Source of the DNA: Takakia lepidozioides
Taxonomy: Eukaryota; Plantae; Bryophyta
Direction of reading: 5' to 3'
DNA: 64,000 nt
NCBI GenBank assembly: GCA_030704615.1
Contig: CM060732.1
Span: 43,896,001 to 43,960,000, forward strand
The notes below the pieces were generated by a model that was not told the origin of the DNA, made no database searches, and was given only the letters and a program-made list of their open reading frames with translations. Below, in pieces: positions 1 through 13,352 of this stretch. The translations under genes were made by a program, and so were the position numbers. The number at the start of each line of letters is the position of its first letter. Within the stretch, counting starts at the first letter, position 1.

Positions 1-409
1 TCGAGTCCTGGCTACCAAGCCCTCTGGGCACGTTGGTTCTCTACACTTCAAACCGTCCTACAAAAAAGCTACTCCCCCTGCAGAATTATACACATTTTCT
101 GGACCACTTCAAATTCGTTTTCAATACTGTGCTTCCACTCTTGTCTCACCATGACCTCACTTACTATCCGCTCTCAACTGCCCCACTGGGACATGCTGTA
201 TCTCTCCAGTTCAAAAGGCTTTACACAAAGGCTACACTCCCCTGGGGAGCCTGCACAAATATTTCCACTTCAAGATCATACTCAATTTTATGCGTCAACT
301 CTTCATGCATCATCTTGTCTAGCATTTGCTCCCAATCACTATCCACTCACATGTTACTCGTGTCCACTTCCTAAATTGTTCCTATCCACTTACGTCCAGC
401 CCCTGCACT

Positions 410-3400
410 CACTACAACAGATTGCGGCTTTTATGACTCCCATGGGTGCGCAGTCATGACAAATTTGTGGCAGAAATACCATTTGCAGTCGAAAATGCTT
501 TTGAAGTCATAATGCAGGTCTGGGGAAGGCGTATATGCGTCTGCATGGCTCTGGACTCAGGTCAAACATGTTTGACCACGAATATTGGCATGGCAGATAT
601 GACTACCAGTCACAGTCATGGCTACACTGGAATGACGTGTGCATATTGCAAGACAGACATATGACTTCATGACTCTCACTCTAATGCATTCTGCCAGATC
701 ATCACATGGATGAATCACTACATGACTACACGTGTCGACACATGCTTTTCTGGTGTGGTTTTTTTTTAATGTACGATGTGAAGAAGTTTGTCCATCCTGC
801 AAATGTGGGCTGTTGGCTCCTGTTAGTACCATGATTTGATATTCTCCCTAATGTTTACAAGGTTCTTGGGAAAGTCAGCTTGGTCTTAGCAGGCCGTGTT
901 TCAATGTCTGCCTGCTCAGCTGCACCGTGGTGCAGGTTCTCACTGACCAATCCGACATTACCTGACTACAGACACAAGCATCACACACAAGAGGTCCTTT
1001 TGTCGGTCAAATCCTCCATGGGTCATGACACAAGGTCAAGGACAGTGTGGTGAGGGCACCTTCTTCTTCGACCTATTTCAGCCTGTTTTGCCCTCTCATC
1101 AGACTCGGCCCTGAGATGCATATTGAATTTTGTAAGTTAGCTCATTGCTCGTCGATAAGTAGGGTTGGGGGTGTTTGCTGGAACAATTCTAGGCTGTCAT
1201 TGTCAGCTGCTAGCAGGAAGGCAAGGATGTATGCATGATTTTGTGCAGAGGCATAGATAGCTGAAGGAGCAGGGATAGAGTGTGGGCCCAGATTCGTCCA
1301 AGAGGGCCGGATTTCAAGCTCCCTTATTTCAGTGTCATCCATTCAGCCAGGGATTTCCTGGTGACATTGCCAAGGCTTTACTCGCAACACGATGCTTGTA
1401 AAGCTTCCTTAGCTTGAATGCTGATTATGCTTGAATTATTAGGTTTGTAAAGCCAGTTTTGAAATTTTCATGGTAATCAGCTCTCTTGAAAATCTGTAGG
1501 TTGCAAGCCATTTACAGCGGGCCGTGGGTGGACTGGAAGATAGCCATTGAAAGTCCTGGTGCAAGTTAATACCAGTGGAGAGCAGTGTAAGCTTCATATG
1601 CCTTTTTGGTGCTAGTTATCTTCATGTATGGTACTGTTGAACACCAACAATCTTTTGATGAGATTCTGTCTTGGTGCACGTGTCTGATAAAGAAAGACGG
1701 TAATGTTTGTTCTGAAACCTGAAGGTGTGAAATGATTCAACACAACAAGAGCATTACGCGTGTCACAGTACAAGCTGTAAGAAAGCAAGAGATACATAGT
1801 TATACAGTCAAACAGACAACTATCAGTTTCTGTGGAATCTCTTGCTAATGGCAGGATGGGTTGGGAATAGCCAAGTCAGGAGGTGAATGCTTGTAAAATT
1901 ACCACATGTCCTTCTGAACACTGCCCCTGCCCTGGTGGACATGTATGCCAAATGTGGGTGCATTGAGGATGCAAAGGGAGTGTTGAACACTGTGGCTGAA
2001 CGAGATGTGGTGTCGTGGAGTGCGATGCTTGCAGGGTATGCACAGCTGGGGTGCGGGATGGAGGCTCCAACCTTTGAGAAAATGATGGGGGAAGGGGTGA
2101 AGGCCGCGGACATAACGTTTGTGTGCGTTTGCAGTGCGTCTGGCAGCCCTGGAAAAGGGCAAAGAGATCCCTGGTGACATCATCAAATCTGCAATTGTAC
2201 CAGATGTCATCCTGAACATTGCTTTGGTGGCCATGTATGCTAAATGTGGGAGCATTGAGGATGCCAAGGGAGTGTTCAACACTATGGCTGAACTAGATGT
2301 GGTGTCGTGGAATGCGATGCTTGCAGGGTGTGCAGAGCAGAAGCGCGGGATGGGGCTTTGGACACCTGAAAGCAAATGATGAAGAAAGGGATGAAGGTAC
2401 CTTCTTCAACATATTTCACCCTGTTTTCTCTGCTAGTGTTTGCTTTGACAATTCTAGGCTGTCATTGTCAGCTGCTAGCAGCAAGGCGAGGATGTATGCA
2501 TGATTTGTGCAGAGGCATGGATAGCTGAAGGAGCAGGGATTTCGTGTGGGTCCAGATTCGTCCAAGAGGGCCAGATTTCAAGCACAAGATTACCTGTGAT
2601 TCCCTGTGGATCAATAGCTACAAGAAACCTGCATGGGTAGATGGTCAACTGGCAGCAGCGGCACAAGTGATAAAATCAGGCACTGCTAATGAAGGCATCT
2701 TCTTCAACACATTTCACCCTGTTTTTCCCTCTTATCAGAATCGGCCCTAAATTTACATGTTCAATTCTGCAAGTTAGCAGGTTGAGTGAATCTAGTTTGG
2801 AGTGACTTTGACATGATACTGCCAAGAAAGTGTCAAAAAATAGGTAACACAGATGAGGAGAAGCTGTGGAATGAATACTTATATGAGCCCAGTCACTGAT
2901 GGGTCAACCGGGGCAGAAAGGTGAATGCCTGCTACATTTCAGAGAGTAGCAGACGCAATTCAGCATAGGAACTAGTGTGCTACGCTGAGTTGGGTGTTCC
3001 CTAGAACAAATGTAGGCTGCCATTGTCAGCTGCTAGCAGCAAGGCAAGGATGAATGCTTGATTTGTGCAGAGGCATGGATAGTTGAAGGAGTACAGATAG
3101 AGTGTGGGTGACGCAGGGTGTTGGGCAATGGGCAAGACGTCTTTGTATAAACGTGAGTGACCTTCCTATCATCCTGGGTCTCATTTTTAGTGCATGTTTA
3201 TTTGTGAAGTATCTGACGACTTCACCAACACACACCAACCTTTTTGCTTTGGTTTGTTTACGACATGGGATAGAAGTTACCATAAACAACACTGACATTG
3301 GTTTTTCATATATGGTATTAGATAATTTTCTTAATTGTTTCTGCCTTGGCAGGTTGCTCAGTGACCTTCCCTGGACGCTTTTGATAATGATAAATAGATT

Positions 3401-4025
3401 GGTAAATAGAGATGGTGTACAATCTCTTGGTTTTGCTCAGCTTGTTGCAGTTATGTCTTGCCGCCTTGTTCTCTTTGTATTATATATTATATTTCATTGT
3501 TGTAATAGACATGTACATGACTGCTATCATAGTCATAATAATGACTACATCTATTTTCACTCTCCAATAGTACTACACCACGTGGCAGAAATACAAATAT
3601 GTAAAAAAATAGCAATACACCCAAAAAAACACCCATCATGACACATGTCAATCTGTTGAGGGACCACGTGTAAAAATTGCAACGCGCCACGTGTTGCAAC
3701 CAGATTAGCACGCCCGTAGTCATAGTTCGCAGTCATGGAGAGCTAACACTCTGCCACGTGTCATTTCCTGTATCGAGCATGTGCCACTCTTGCACAGCCG
3801 CTGACATGGACTACACTGTCCGTTCAGTCATTCAGTAAAGCCAGCGTGTATGACTACCCCCACAGCTGCTCAGGCGCCACGTCACAGCCAGCCTACAGAG
3901 TCATATCTGCCATGTCACAACTGACTAGGCTTTTACGTCTTCAGAGTCAGGAAGTTGTAAATGGCTTCCATAACTGCATTTGCAGTCATAACACATAGAC
4001 GTAAAAGCCGCAATCTGTTGTAGTG
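410..4025. mobile_element. Non-autonomous CACTA (EnSpm) element carrying PPR gene fragments (Pack-CACTA-like)
   Basis: 24-bp perfect TIRs CACTACAACAGATTGCGGCTTTTA at 410-433 and reverse complement ending at 4025. 3-bp TSD ACT at 407-409 and 4026-4028. CATGAC/GTCATG-rich subterminal regions. No transposase ORF seen. Confidence 0.92.
1887..2379 (+). pseudogene. PLS-class PPR gene fragments (two partial repeat units, frameshifted)
   Basis: Motifs ALVDMYAKCGCIEDAKGVLNTVAERDVVSWSAMLAGYAQLG and ALVAMYAKCGSIEDAKGVFNTMAELDVVSWNAMLAG in two overlapping frames; truncated at both ends and located inside the CACTA element. Confidence 0.85.
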
Positions 4026-4842
4026 ACTCTACTCGATTCTAGTGCACTCCCCTTCTGTCACACTGACCACCTACTACAACACGACGTCACATTCGACACA
4101 CCGGTACACACCTACCATCAGTCTAGATATCATCCCCTACAAGCTACCCCTTACCCTCATCCCACTGGCCACCATCCCATAAATGTATATCATATATCCA
4201 CTCCTCGCCACCGATTCCCAGAATACTACACCTTAGCATATACAAGATACAACGAATTATATCCACGTTATGACACACATATTATAACCAATCGAGCACT
4301 GCACCCAAAATTACAACTATCCCACCCCCAGGGGTATTACAAAAGACTGCCAACATCACTCACATTAACCCAGCACACTCCAAATACATACTCCCTCATT
4401 GGGCCCCACTGCCCACACACCATTATCTCCCAATGTTCCACTCATTGCGCCCCATGCCCTCTTATGACCCCCCGCATCTACATCCCAATGCTAACTCAAA
4501 ACTTGTACTGAACAATACATTTATCCACACCCCCCATTTTCCGGGGTTTACATGACATAATCCACCCAACGGGCCTCACAATAAACCAAACTAGTGACCT
4601 TTGGTATGCTCATGATCCATCAGTCATGGCTAACACCATCTGTTATCACATGCAGCCTCTTTATACCCCTCATAGCAACATCTCAGCCAAAAACAGCTAA
4701 ACCACATTGTTTGCTCCACCCTCCTATCACTCCTACCTACACCAGAAACCAGTGCACCCTCTCAATCCAACCTCCTCCCGTTCACTGCAGCTAGATAGAG
4801 AGCCCCGCACGCACCAAAGTCACACACAAAGTTGGAAGTTCA

Positions 4843-6035
4843 AAGTTGGAATTGTACCAAATGTCAACCTGAACACTGCCCTGGCAGCTCTAGAAAAGGG
4901 GAAAGAAGTGCATCACTACAGGAAAAGGGGGGGATTTTCGACGCTGCGGCTTCGTTAAATAGCCCTTTTCGGACGGGAAAAAAAACCAAATTTGTGACGT
5001 CCGGGCGTCGCAAGCCCGTTGCAAGAGCGTCGCCAAAAAATGTCGCAAATTTGCGACCAATGGAGGTCGCAAGTATGCGAAACCGCGATTTCCGGACGTC
5101 GAAAAAACAAAAAAAAACAAAAAAAAAAACAAAACCTACTCTGCAATGCAGAATTAGCACCGTCCGGGGGTCGCAAAATGCGACGCCCGGATGTCACAAT
5201 TTAAGGGGGTACATTTGAATTTAGGCGGGAAATTTTGAATTTGAATTTTGAATTTCAAAAACTTGTTGACCATTGACTCCGGTTCTGTCTAATGGCAATA
5301 TGTTCATTGTTCTACATATATCATGCAATGCATACTTGAACCTAAGACCTCCACGTTTTAACATTTCTAAGACATTACAAACTAACCAACACTTCTACGC
5401 TACATCTATGTATCACAAAAACAATCTAAATATATACATATACATATAAAGATTTCCTTCAAGTTCCTTCTAAGGGGGTCTCTCTTGTGACGCTGGGGAG
5501 TTGCAAGCTCCACATCCTTAGTGCCCAGCCCCAGCCCCAGCATCATGGCCGTTGTTATACCCCCTCACCGCCAGGCGCCCCAAGCGACGTCATTGTGTGG
5601 ACCTAAGCTGACCACAACACCATTGCGACCCCCTGTGGCGACGCCGTTGCGACCCCCTGACGTCGCAACGTTTCTTTTTCTTTTTCTTTTTAATTTCCGA
5701 CGCCAGGGCGTCGCAAGAAAAAAAAAATCCGTCGCAACAAGGTCCCTCTTTCCCTCTTCATGCCACCTTACGACGGCTGGGCGTCGTAATGGTGTCGTAG
5801 CGAAGGATTGCGACGCCGGGACGTCGCAAAAAAGCGCCGCGGGTTCAGCGCCACGCGGGGCGTGGGGGCGCGGCTGGCGTTGCACCCCCCCCCCCATTTG
5901 CTGTAGTGCATGATGACATCTTCAGAGCTGGAATTGTACCAGATGTCATTCTGAACAAGACCTTTGTGGACATTTTTGCAAAATGTGGGTGCATCGAGGA
6001 TGTAAAGGGAGTGTTCAACACTATGGTTGAACGAG
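4843..6035 (+). pseudogene. PPR gene fragment split by a CACTA insertion
   Basis: GIVPNVNLNTALAALEKGKEVH before 4914 continues as DDIFRAGIVPDVILNKTFVDIFAKCGCIEDVKGVFNTMVER after 5911 once the element and one CAT copy are removed. Confidence 0.8.
4914..5908. mobile_element. Short non-autonomous CACTA element (995 bp)
   Basis: Ends CACTACAGGAAAAGGGGGGG ... CCCCCCCATTTGCTGTAGTG. 3-bp TSD CAT at 4911-4913 and 5909-5911. Many GTCGCAA/TTGCGAC subterminal repeats in both orientations. Confidence 0.9.
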
Positions 6036-7837
6036 CTGGCCAAGTTTCAAGATTTTTGGAGGAAGTTAGCAACAATTCACTATTTTTGAGGTTTTCGGAC
6101 GACCGTGGCCAAGAGAAATTCATTTTGATGGGATTTTTGGGTCCACAAGAATTAGCACCGTCCCCAACCAGCTGGTTGGATGATATTTTCCACCTACTAA
6201 CCAAAAAGCGATTGATAGTCTTTTCCATCCAATGATTTTGGATTTCATGCATTTTTAAAAAAAAAAATTTATAGTATAAGTAGATTAGGAGGTGAGCTTG
6301 CTCACCACTTCACTTCACATTTTGTTTTTGCTTATAGTGCTTGTTAGTGAGTTGCTTAGAGAGCTAGCTTGAGAAGCTTGCTTAGCCTTAGCATCTTGCT
6401 TGCGAAGTCCTAGATTGCTTGTTGGCTTAAAGCTTAGCCTAGTTGTTTTAGGCAAGTTTGGAGGAAGCATCTTGAAGTGCTAGGGAGACTAGGGAGATCT
6501 TAGGACCTAGGGTGTAAAGGCCAAGAGCCATTTTATGTAAAAAAGAAGAACATCTTCCCCAAAAAACGGAGTGGTTCTGTCATTTGAGAGTGTGGTGAGC
6601 CCTTGGTGTGTGAAGAAGAGGTAGGAGCAACAAATCCCATAGGAGTGAGCAGCATCCTAAGGAAGGTGGGTAGGTCTGTTTGCGTCCCAAAACTAGACGC
6701 TTCGAGAAGCAGTTTCTCTGTCCAAACAGTTGGTTGTGACCCATGGAACTTGGATGACGAGGTTCCACTCTGAGTACCATCCTTCAATAGAGCAGGTCTG
6801 CAAGAACTGTGTCTCAAAGAAGTTGGAAAACAAACACAATGCATGGGTGTCACCAAGAAAACAAGGCATAGAAACGCAACAAGATAATCCTTGAGGCTAG
6901 CAACCTTCGTAAGATGGATAAGGGTCAGCAACGTCCAATCCTCCCGGGGGGGGAAGTCTTCTGCTTGGGCGAGATCAATCCACCTTTTAGAGTTGGTGTA
7001 GAAGCATCTTGTGTGGGTGCAGTGTACTCCAGCTTGGTGCGGGAATACTCACACGATAGAGCCGCCATCGCGGCTCTTAATAGATCAATAACAGGAAAGC
7101 GGCGCTGGGCAGGAAGAACTTCGTGTTGCTATAAGTCGAAAAGATCATAGCAAACAAAGGGAACTGTGTCTCAGCAAGACCTGAAAAGTGTGAGACAAAC
7201 TAGCCCAAAGTTGAATGAGATTAGATTGTTGAGCAACTCAAAAGGATCGCCTGTGGATACATATGCGGCTAAAGATGAGACAATCAGTAGCTAAGAGGAG
7301 AAATGTACGTGCCCTAATTTAGAGACGTGCTGAAAAATGCAATGACTTCACAAACAACTCTGTAAGTGAGAATTAAATGACTCCAATAGTCATGAAACGA
7401 GAATAAACAATGTATATTATCATTGACTGTGTGGCTCCTCCTGTTCAGTACTCACTATCTGCTGTAGCCAAGCCCGCCGCCACGACTTCCACTCAAGCTC
7501 TTTAAGCTGTTGTTCGCTACTAGCTTACTACAGCTTGACTTGGCCCTCTCTCTGCCTGTTCATTCTCTTAAGGCGTTTTTTCTCACTGTCTTATAGCCCC
7601 ATTTTATTTCGTCTCCCCCACTTAAGACACTTTTGTCTCCTGGCTTCAGCTATATGACTTTGTTTGCTTTTTATGCAGATGTTGTAATATGGCCACGTGT
7701 CCAGATAATGGACAAATCGTCTAATTGGATTCGCCACGTGTCCGTGTGAATACGGACACGTGTCTGTCGATTGCTAAATATGATCGACGGATTTGCTGTG
7801 TCTACGTCGCATACGATAGAAGTGGTATGTTGTGAAG

Positions 7838-7928
7838 TGGTTGGTTTACCATTGTGATACGTCAGACGTGGTTTGGCTTACCACTGTGACACGTCATAAA
7901 TGGTTAGTTTACCACTGTGACACGTCAG
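7838..7928. repeat. About 31-bp tandem repeat, 3 copies
   Basis: TGGTT(N)GTTTACCACTGTGACACGTCA-like unit repeated three times. Confidence 0.7.
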
Positions 7929-9120
7929 CGAACAGGTGGACTGGGAGGCAGTGATCGTAATCACTGTCCTTAACCACTTCGGACACGTCATGTCTTTTAC
8001 CATTGCTAAGTCAAGATCCACTGGTTCTACATCACTCTGGGGGCAGAGTGGTTGGGGGTCTTTTACTACTCAAAATGAGTGGTTACCGGAGTGGTTATTC
8101 CGCGTTTTTCTTCTAGTGCAGGAAGAAGAAGAGCAATGCCCATGGGAGCAGAAGGGTTAAATGGTTTTGAAGGGTCAGACCAGAGACAGATGCGAGCAGG
8201 AGAGGTAATGGATGAGGGAAGGGTGACCGATGGAATAGAGGACATGGTAAGGATTCCGGAAATGGCATCAGCCTGAAAGGCATAGCCGGTGACTGTAGTA
8301 GAAGAGGATTGAGTGAGGTAGAGTACACGTAGTGGGAAACGCTTCTCCACACCCATAGTCTGGGGTACCTACACGATATCAACTGGAAGCACGTCAAGGC
8401 GTCCACGAAAACCAAGCTCTCCTATCTTATGATAGCTCTGTCGCTCTATCAGTGATTTTCACATAGTTCTTCAGGTTCTCAAGTCATTATGTCGAATTCT
8501 TAGTTTCTCCGGGCTCCTCAACTAAGGATAAATAATAGTTTGGTTCTCCTCATAATCTTGACTAGCCTTTAGGTTGGAATTGTGTTTTGTTCAAGAGCTT
8601 GCTCTCGGGAACTCTTCCGGGATCACGCATTCCTTGCTTAGCTTTGCTACCCGTCACGCTTGCCGTGCGTTTGGGGCTTATGGCGGCCACGTGCCAACAA
8701 GGGTTTAAATTATTTTCCCTTCAATAATCCTAATAAAATTCAGTGCAGCCTGGCCACTGTCCCCTATTTAACTTTAAAAGAACCACTCCTATTGATTTTT
8801 GTTTACATAATAACTTTTTTGAACAAAAAATCTTGGGAGGCCCAAGTTACTTGAGGCCCCTTTTCTAAGTTTCGGCAATGAACATTTAACATGGTTATTT
8901 TTTAAAGAAAAATAGATAAAAGGATGGGCCTCTTTTCATTTAGGGGCCAGGGAGTCATTAGGGTGATATTGAATGCCGGACTGAAAGGCCAAGTACAAAG
9001 TAACCAGATTTGAACCCCCAATCACGTGGTGGGATGTCTACCTGAGATTTTAATAGTTTAAAAAGCATTCGCGTGAAAGGTAGTTAGCCTGGTTTTGGTG
9101 GATGGAGGAGAGAAAAAGAA

Positions 9121-9630
9121 GACTCTGTACTGAACAAAAGGATATTTTTAAGAGATCTTTAGAGGATTTGGGAATGTCTGAGCTCCACTACTGTGATTGT
9201 GAATGTCTCAGCTCCGCTAGTCTGACTATGTACCGAACAAAAGAATATTTTTATAGAATCTTTAGAGGATCTGGGAATGTCTCAGCTCCACTAGTATGAT
9301 TGTGTATTGAACAAAATAATATTTTTAAAGGATCTTTAGAGGATCCTCTGGGAATGTCTCAGCTCCACTATTGAGACTGTGTACTGAACAAAAGAATCTT
9401 TTAAAAGATCTGGGAGTATCTAAGCTCCACTAGTGTGACTGGGTACTGAACGAAAGAATATTTTTAAAGGATCTTTAGAGGATTTGGGAATGTCTGAGCT
9501 TCACTAGTGTGACTGTGTACTAAACAAAAGAATTTTTTTAAAGGATCTTTAGAGGATCTACGAATGTGTCAGCTCCACTAGTTTGACTAATTATTGAACA
9601 AAATCACGTTTCACAGAATTTTTAAAGGAT
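9121..9630. repeat. Minisatellite, about 74-bp unit, about 7 imperfect copies
   Basis: Unit GACTGTGTACTGAACAAAAGAATATTTTTAAAGGATCTTTAGAGGAT(T/C)TGGGAATGTCT(G/C)AGCTCCACTAGTGT with starts near 9121, 9224, 9298, 9375, 9437, 9511 and 9585. Confidence 0.85.
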
Positions 9631-9859
9631 TAAGAATCGTTTAGTGAGACATGATGTGTTGGAAATGAGCATTTGGCCTTCTAAGGGGTGCCGTTTGACC
9701 AAAAAATCATGTATTGGTAACTCATGTTTCAGTTCCACAAGTGTGATTGTTTACAGAATACAAGGATTTTTTTGGTTAAACATGATGTATTAGAAGTGGA
9801 CGTTTGGCCTTCTAAGAGCGCTGTTCAACCATTAATCATGTTCCACTACACCATCCGTT

Positions 9860-10330
9860 AATTGGAACTAAGACAAATTTATTGGAAGTGAGGCAAAGTT
9901 TATTAAAAGTGAGAGTGGTCATTTGGCTTTAAAACGAGGGATTTAATGGTCGTTAGACCATTAAATCATGCATCATTAAACCAAGTCTCATTAAATTGTG
10001 CTCCATAGTGAGCCACTGTTTGTTGGAAATGTGACAGATTATTGGAAGTGAGAGAAATTTATTGGAAACGAGGGAAGGTTTATTGGAAATAAAAGTGGCC
10101 ATTTGGCTTTCCAAGTGCACCATTAGACCATAAATTCATGCATCACTAAACCTAATCTCATCAAATTGTGCTCCATTAAAGAGGCACTTTTTATTGGAAG
10201 TGAGATAAAGTTGACTAGAAATGAAGCAAAGTTGAATGGAAGTGAAACAAAGTGGATTGGAACTGAAGCAAAGTTTGCTGGAAAGGAGGCAACGTTTATT
10301 GGAAATGGAAGTGGTCATTTGGTATCCCAT
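9860..10330. repeat. Degenerate short-period repeat block (TTATTGGAAGTGAG-type units)
   Basis: Recurrent TTTATTGGAA(G/A)TGAG motifs, with AGTGG(T/C)CATTTGG repeated near 9914, 10094 and 10311. Confidence 0.55.
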
Positions 10331-11365
10331 ACTTGCATGCTCCAAGCTTGATTTTAACCAAAACTAATCTATCTATGGCATATTTAGCATTTTTTTTGGG
10401 ACGGAGACTTTTGGCTGCAGAGTAGGTGCCCTAAAAATAGAGTATGCAAAGAAAAAAAAAAAAGGATGTGCTCTCTACGACGAAGCTCGATCCAAGCATA
10501 GCCTCCACTCCACGACAGTCCACTTTCCCGATACTCCACACGCTCCTTGAACATCACGGTCAAGGAGATGGCAAGCCAACATGGCAAAGATGTCTGCACT
10601 TGTTAGCTTAAAGGACCTGTTTCAGGCCCATTAGCTTTTAGACCAAACTACTCTATCTCAGTTAGTGAGATGCACTAACTATTCGGCGTGCTAGTTAATA
10701 TAACTGTAAGTGGGGCACCTAAACCCAATAGTTAGTTTAAATGACACTAACTATTGGGTGCCTAACTGCAGGTGGGGCAGGCCCTTATACATGATCATGA
10801 ACTTAACCCTTAATCAACGACGCGACCTGATTCGACCTGATTCGGGTCGCATCATTTTGCAGGGGAGGGCGTATCTCCGTCGGATGACATCCGATGGAGA
10901 TGCGGCCTGAACAAATTCTGTAGCCCATTCAGTTCTCTACATGCTGCAGCAAATTTTTTAGGAATTCAATAAATTTCCTGCATGCTAGAATTTATGGCGT
11001 GTCAAGGTTTCGCCATTTTGTGTGGTGCAGGGAGTGGCCACGCCCGGGGCACGGAACCCGGGATTTGCACAGCTGGCAGGTCAAACCATTGTTTCCCGCA
11101 CGTTTCCGGCACCAGAAGCCCTGCTTTGCCGTTGGTCGGAAAATCCACTCTTTTCCCTATCCATGTATGAACCTTCCTCCAAATCCCAATTTTTTTTTGT
11201 AGAGGCCTTTGCTGTGGAGTGCTGCATAGAATGACAGTTGGAATCTCCTGGCAAGTCCCTATTTCAGGGCATTTGGAAGCCCTCAGCTGGCCGGAGCAAC
11301 TTGGAATGAATTTTACCCCCCTGCTTCAAATACAAAGCAACCCCCCTCTAATTTTGGGTTCAGGC

Positions 11366-11746
11366 CGGTGTTGTACTGGTATCAGGTTTAGGACATACCA
11401 GTTGGGTATCTATAATGGTGGAAATGTTTTTCTTATATACTGGTATGAATATGAGTACTATGACCATAAATATCATGTGGTATAAAGTATCAATAGGGTA
11501 TCATTCCAAGTAAATAAACAAAACAATAAAATATATATTAATTATATTATATTAGCTATTAAATAAATATAAATACGTATAAATACATAGCATATATATA
11601 ATAATGTAATATAGTATTGATACCAATATAAATGAGGAAGATGGCTGGGTATTGAAAAATCAATAACAGTCGGGTAGGTTCTGCAATACCAGATTTATAT
11701 CCAGTATTTATACCCAGGTGAAACCCTCTATACCAGTACAACACTG
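11366..11746. mobile_element. hAT-type MITE (381 bp)
   Basis: TIRs C(G/A)GTGTTGTACTGGTAT at 11366-11382 and 11730-11746. Perfect 8-bp TSD GTTCAGGC at 11358-11365 and 11747-11754. AT-rich interior. Confidence 0.9.
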
Positions 11747-13352
11747 GTTCAGGCCCATCTTTCCAGGGAGTACTCCCTCACTGGCCCAAATTCAGAATCT
11801 GGAACCATTCACTCAGGAAAAATCTGAAAAATGCCAATTTGGCGTGGTCAAACCCATTTTTGTCACTAGTTTTTTTGCATTTTCACAATTTAAGCCTTTT
11901 TATTTTGTTATAATCTCCCAAATACAACGGTCAAAAGTCCTGTAATTTTTCCACGTCATTCATGATGTCAGTAGGGATGCACGTGTACGGTTCATCCACG
12001 TGGATGTCAGTGGTTAGGTAGTTACAGCGATTTTAGAGAGGGTATTTACCTTAGAGAGGGTATTTACCTGTTTTGTCAAAAAGTCCAGAAAGTTAGCTCG
12101 TCCTTTAGGGGTTAACCCATAAATGACTCTAGTATGTGCAAACAAGGAAAGAAATGAAGATGACCTTACCCGAGTGTCACTATCTCGCAGAGCTCCACTC
12201 TCCCCCCTCACGTCATGTCATGTGCAGCAGACTTGCACGGAGTCAGAAAGCGATGGTGGAATGAGTATATTCCTGCACTGACCTGCCACTTCAGTTTTTA
12301 TACGATTTCTTTTCCAGTTCCCCTACAAGATTGGATTTGCTTCATGAGAGTGTTCAACTAACAATTAGCATACTCGAAACAGATTTGAGGAAGAGGCCAG
12401 CAGGAGAAAGGGAAGTAGAAGAACCAGACTTGATCCAACAGATGAAGGAGTTTTGAACAATCGGATGCTGTTACAGCACGCATCGATGGACATGTGGGTT
12501 CCTGTTGACTGACAATCATTCCTAGTCATGCCTTCTGGTCTAGATGCAATAAAATGATCAAAGCTCAAATGCCTGGCGAACAGTATTGAGAAGACTAAGA
12601 GTACACGCAAGTGTTCCTAACCGCACCACATCCTTTTGAGGATCGGGAACCTCATTACGCAAGACATTATTCACTGTTTGCCAAATCCAAGATCCTTGCT
12701 TGTTGATAGCGAGGCACACGCTACAGATATTCGAAGGAATGATTTCAGCTACTCTTACTTCCGCAATCTCATTCCAGCTTTGGTGATTCCAAGAATAGCT
12801 TTGAACCAGATCATCCCTGCAGGACTTAAGGTGACGGGTTAGGCCAAATGGTCCAGCTAAACGCTCTTTTGAGTTTAGCGGCCAAGGCAGTCGACCAAGC
12901 CTGCTCACGCACGGCTCTAGCTGACATTCTAACCTCATTCTAGATGCTGTGCATGTTTTCTTATCACTCGGATAAATACGCCAAGATTGCTGCTTCTACC
13001 AAGAATTTACAAGAACCGTCTTCTGGTGGTTGTCACGCATTTGAATATGGATTAGAAGTAAACATGTACACAGAAGTGCAGTCAATTTGAAGCACGTTGA
13101 GCCAAAAGGAAGAGTTCATCGATCTAAGCCTGACGCGCTGATCGCATACAGTTTCCACAGACTACAAGTCTCCAGCTAGTCTATATACAGAACCACAGTG
13201 AGAACTAGGCTACACTTGAGCTGCCCAGGTACTCAACCTACACCAATCGAGCTTCCATCCGCGAGAAATCAGTACTTCCATGTGATATGTTCAACCTACA
13301 ATGGAAGAACTTAGCCTATCTACACACTCGTGCAAACTTGCAAAGCCTTCCT

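Noticed and set aside
1-4830. Single long ORF interrupted by the CACTA (C/A-rich flanks 1-409 and 4026-4830)
   Set aside because: Rejoining the flanks gives a frame open only from about 323 to the stop at 4511, with no recognisable domain. The G-poor bias alone suppresses stop codons.
4832-5913. Overlapping Arg-rich ORFs in the ORF track
   Set aside because: They arise from the GC-rich subterminal repeats of the CACTA element.
6036-8700. LTR or retroelement remnant after the PPR fragment (ends ...GCCAACA)
   Set aside because: TE-like composition, but I found no matching terminus, TSD or coding motif.
9121-9630. CRISPR-like array
   Set aside because: The units are contiguous degenerate copies with no unique spacers; the context is eukaryotic and there are no cas genes.
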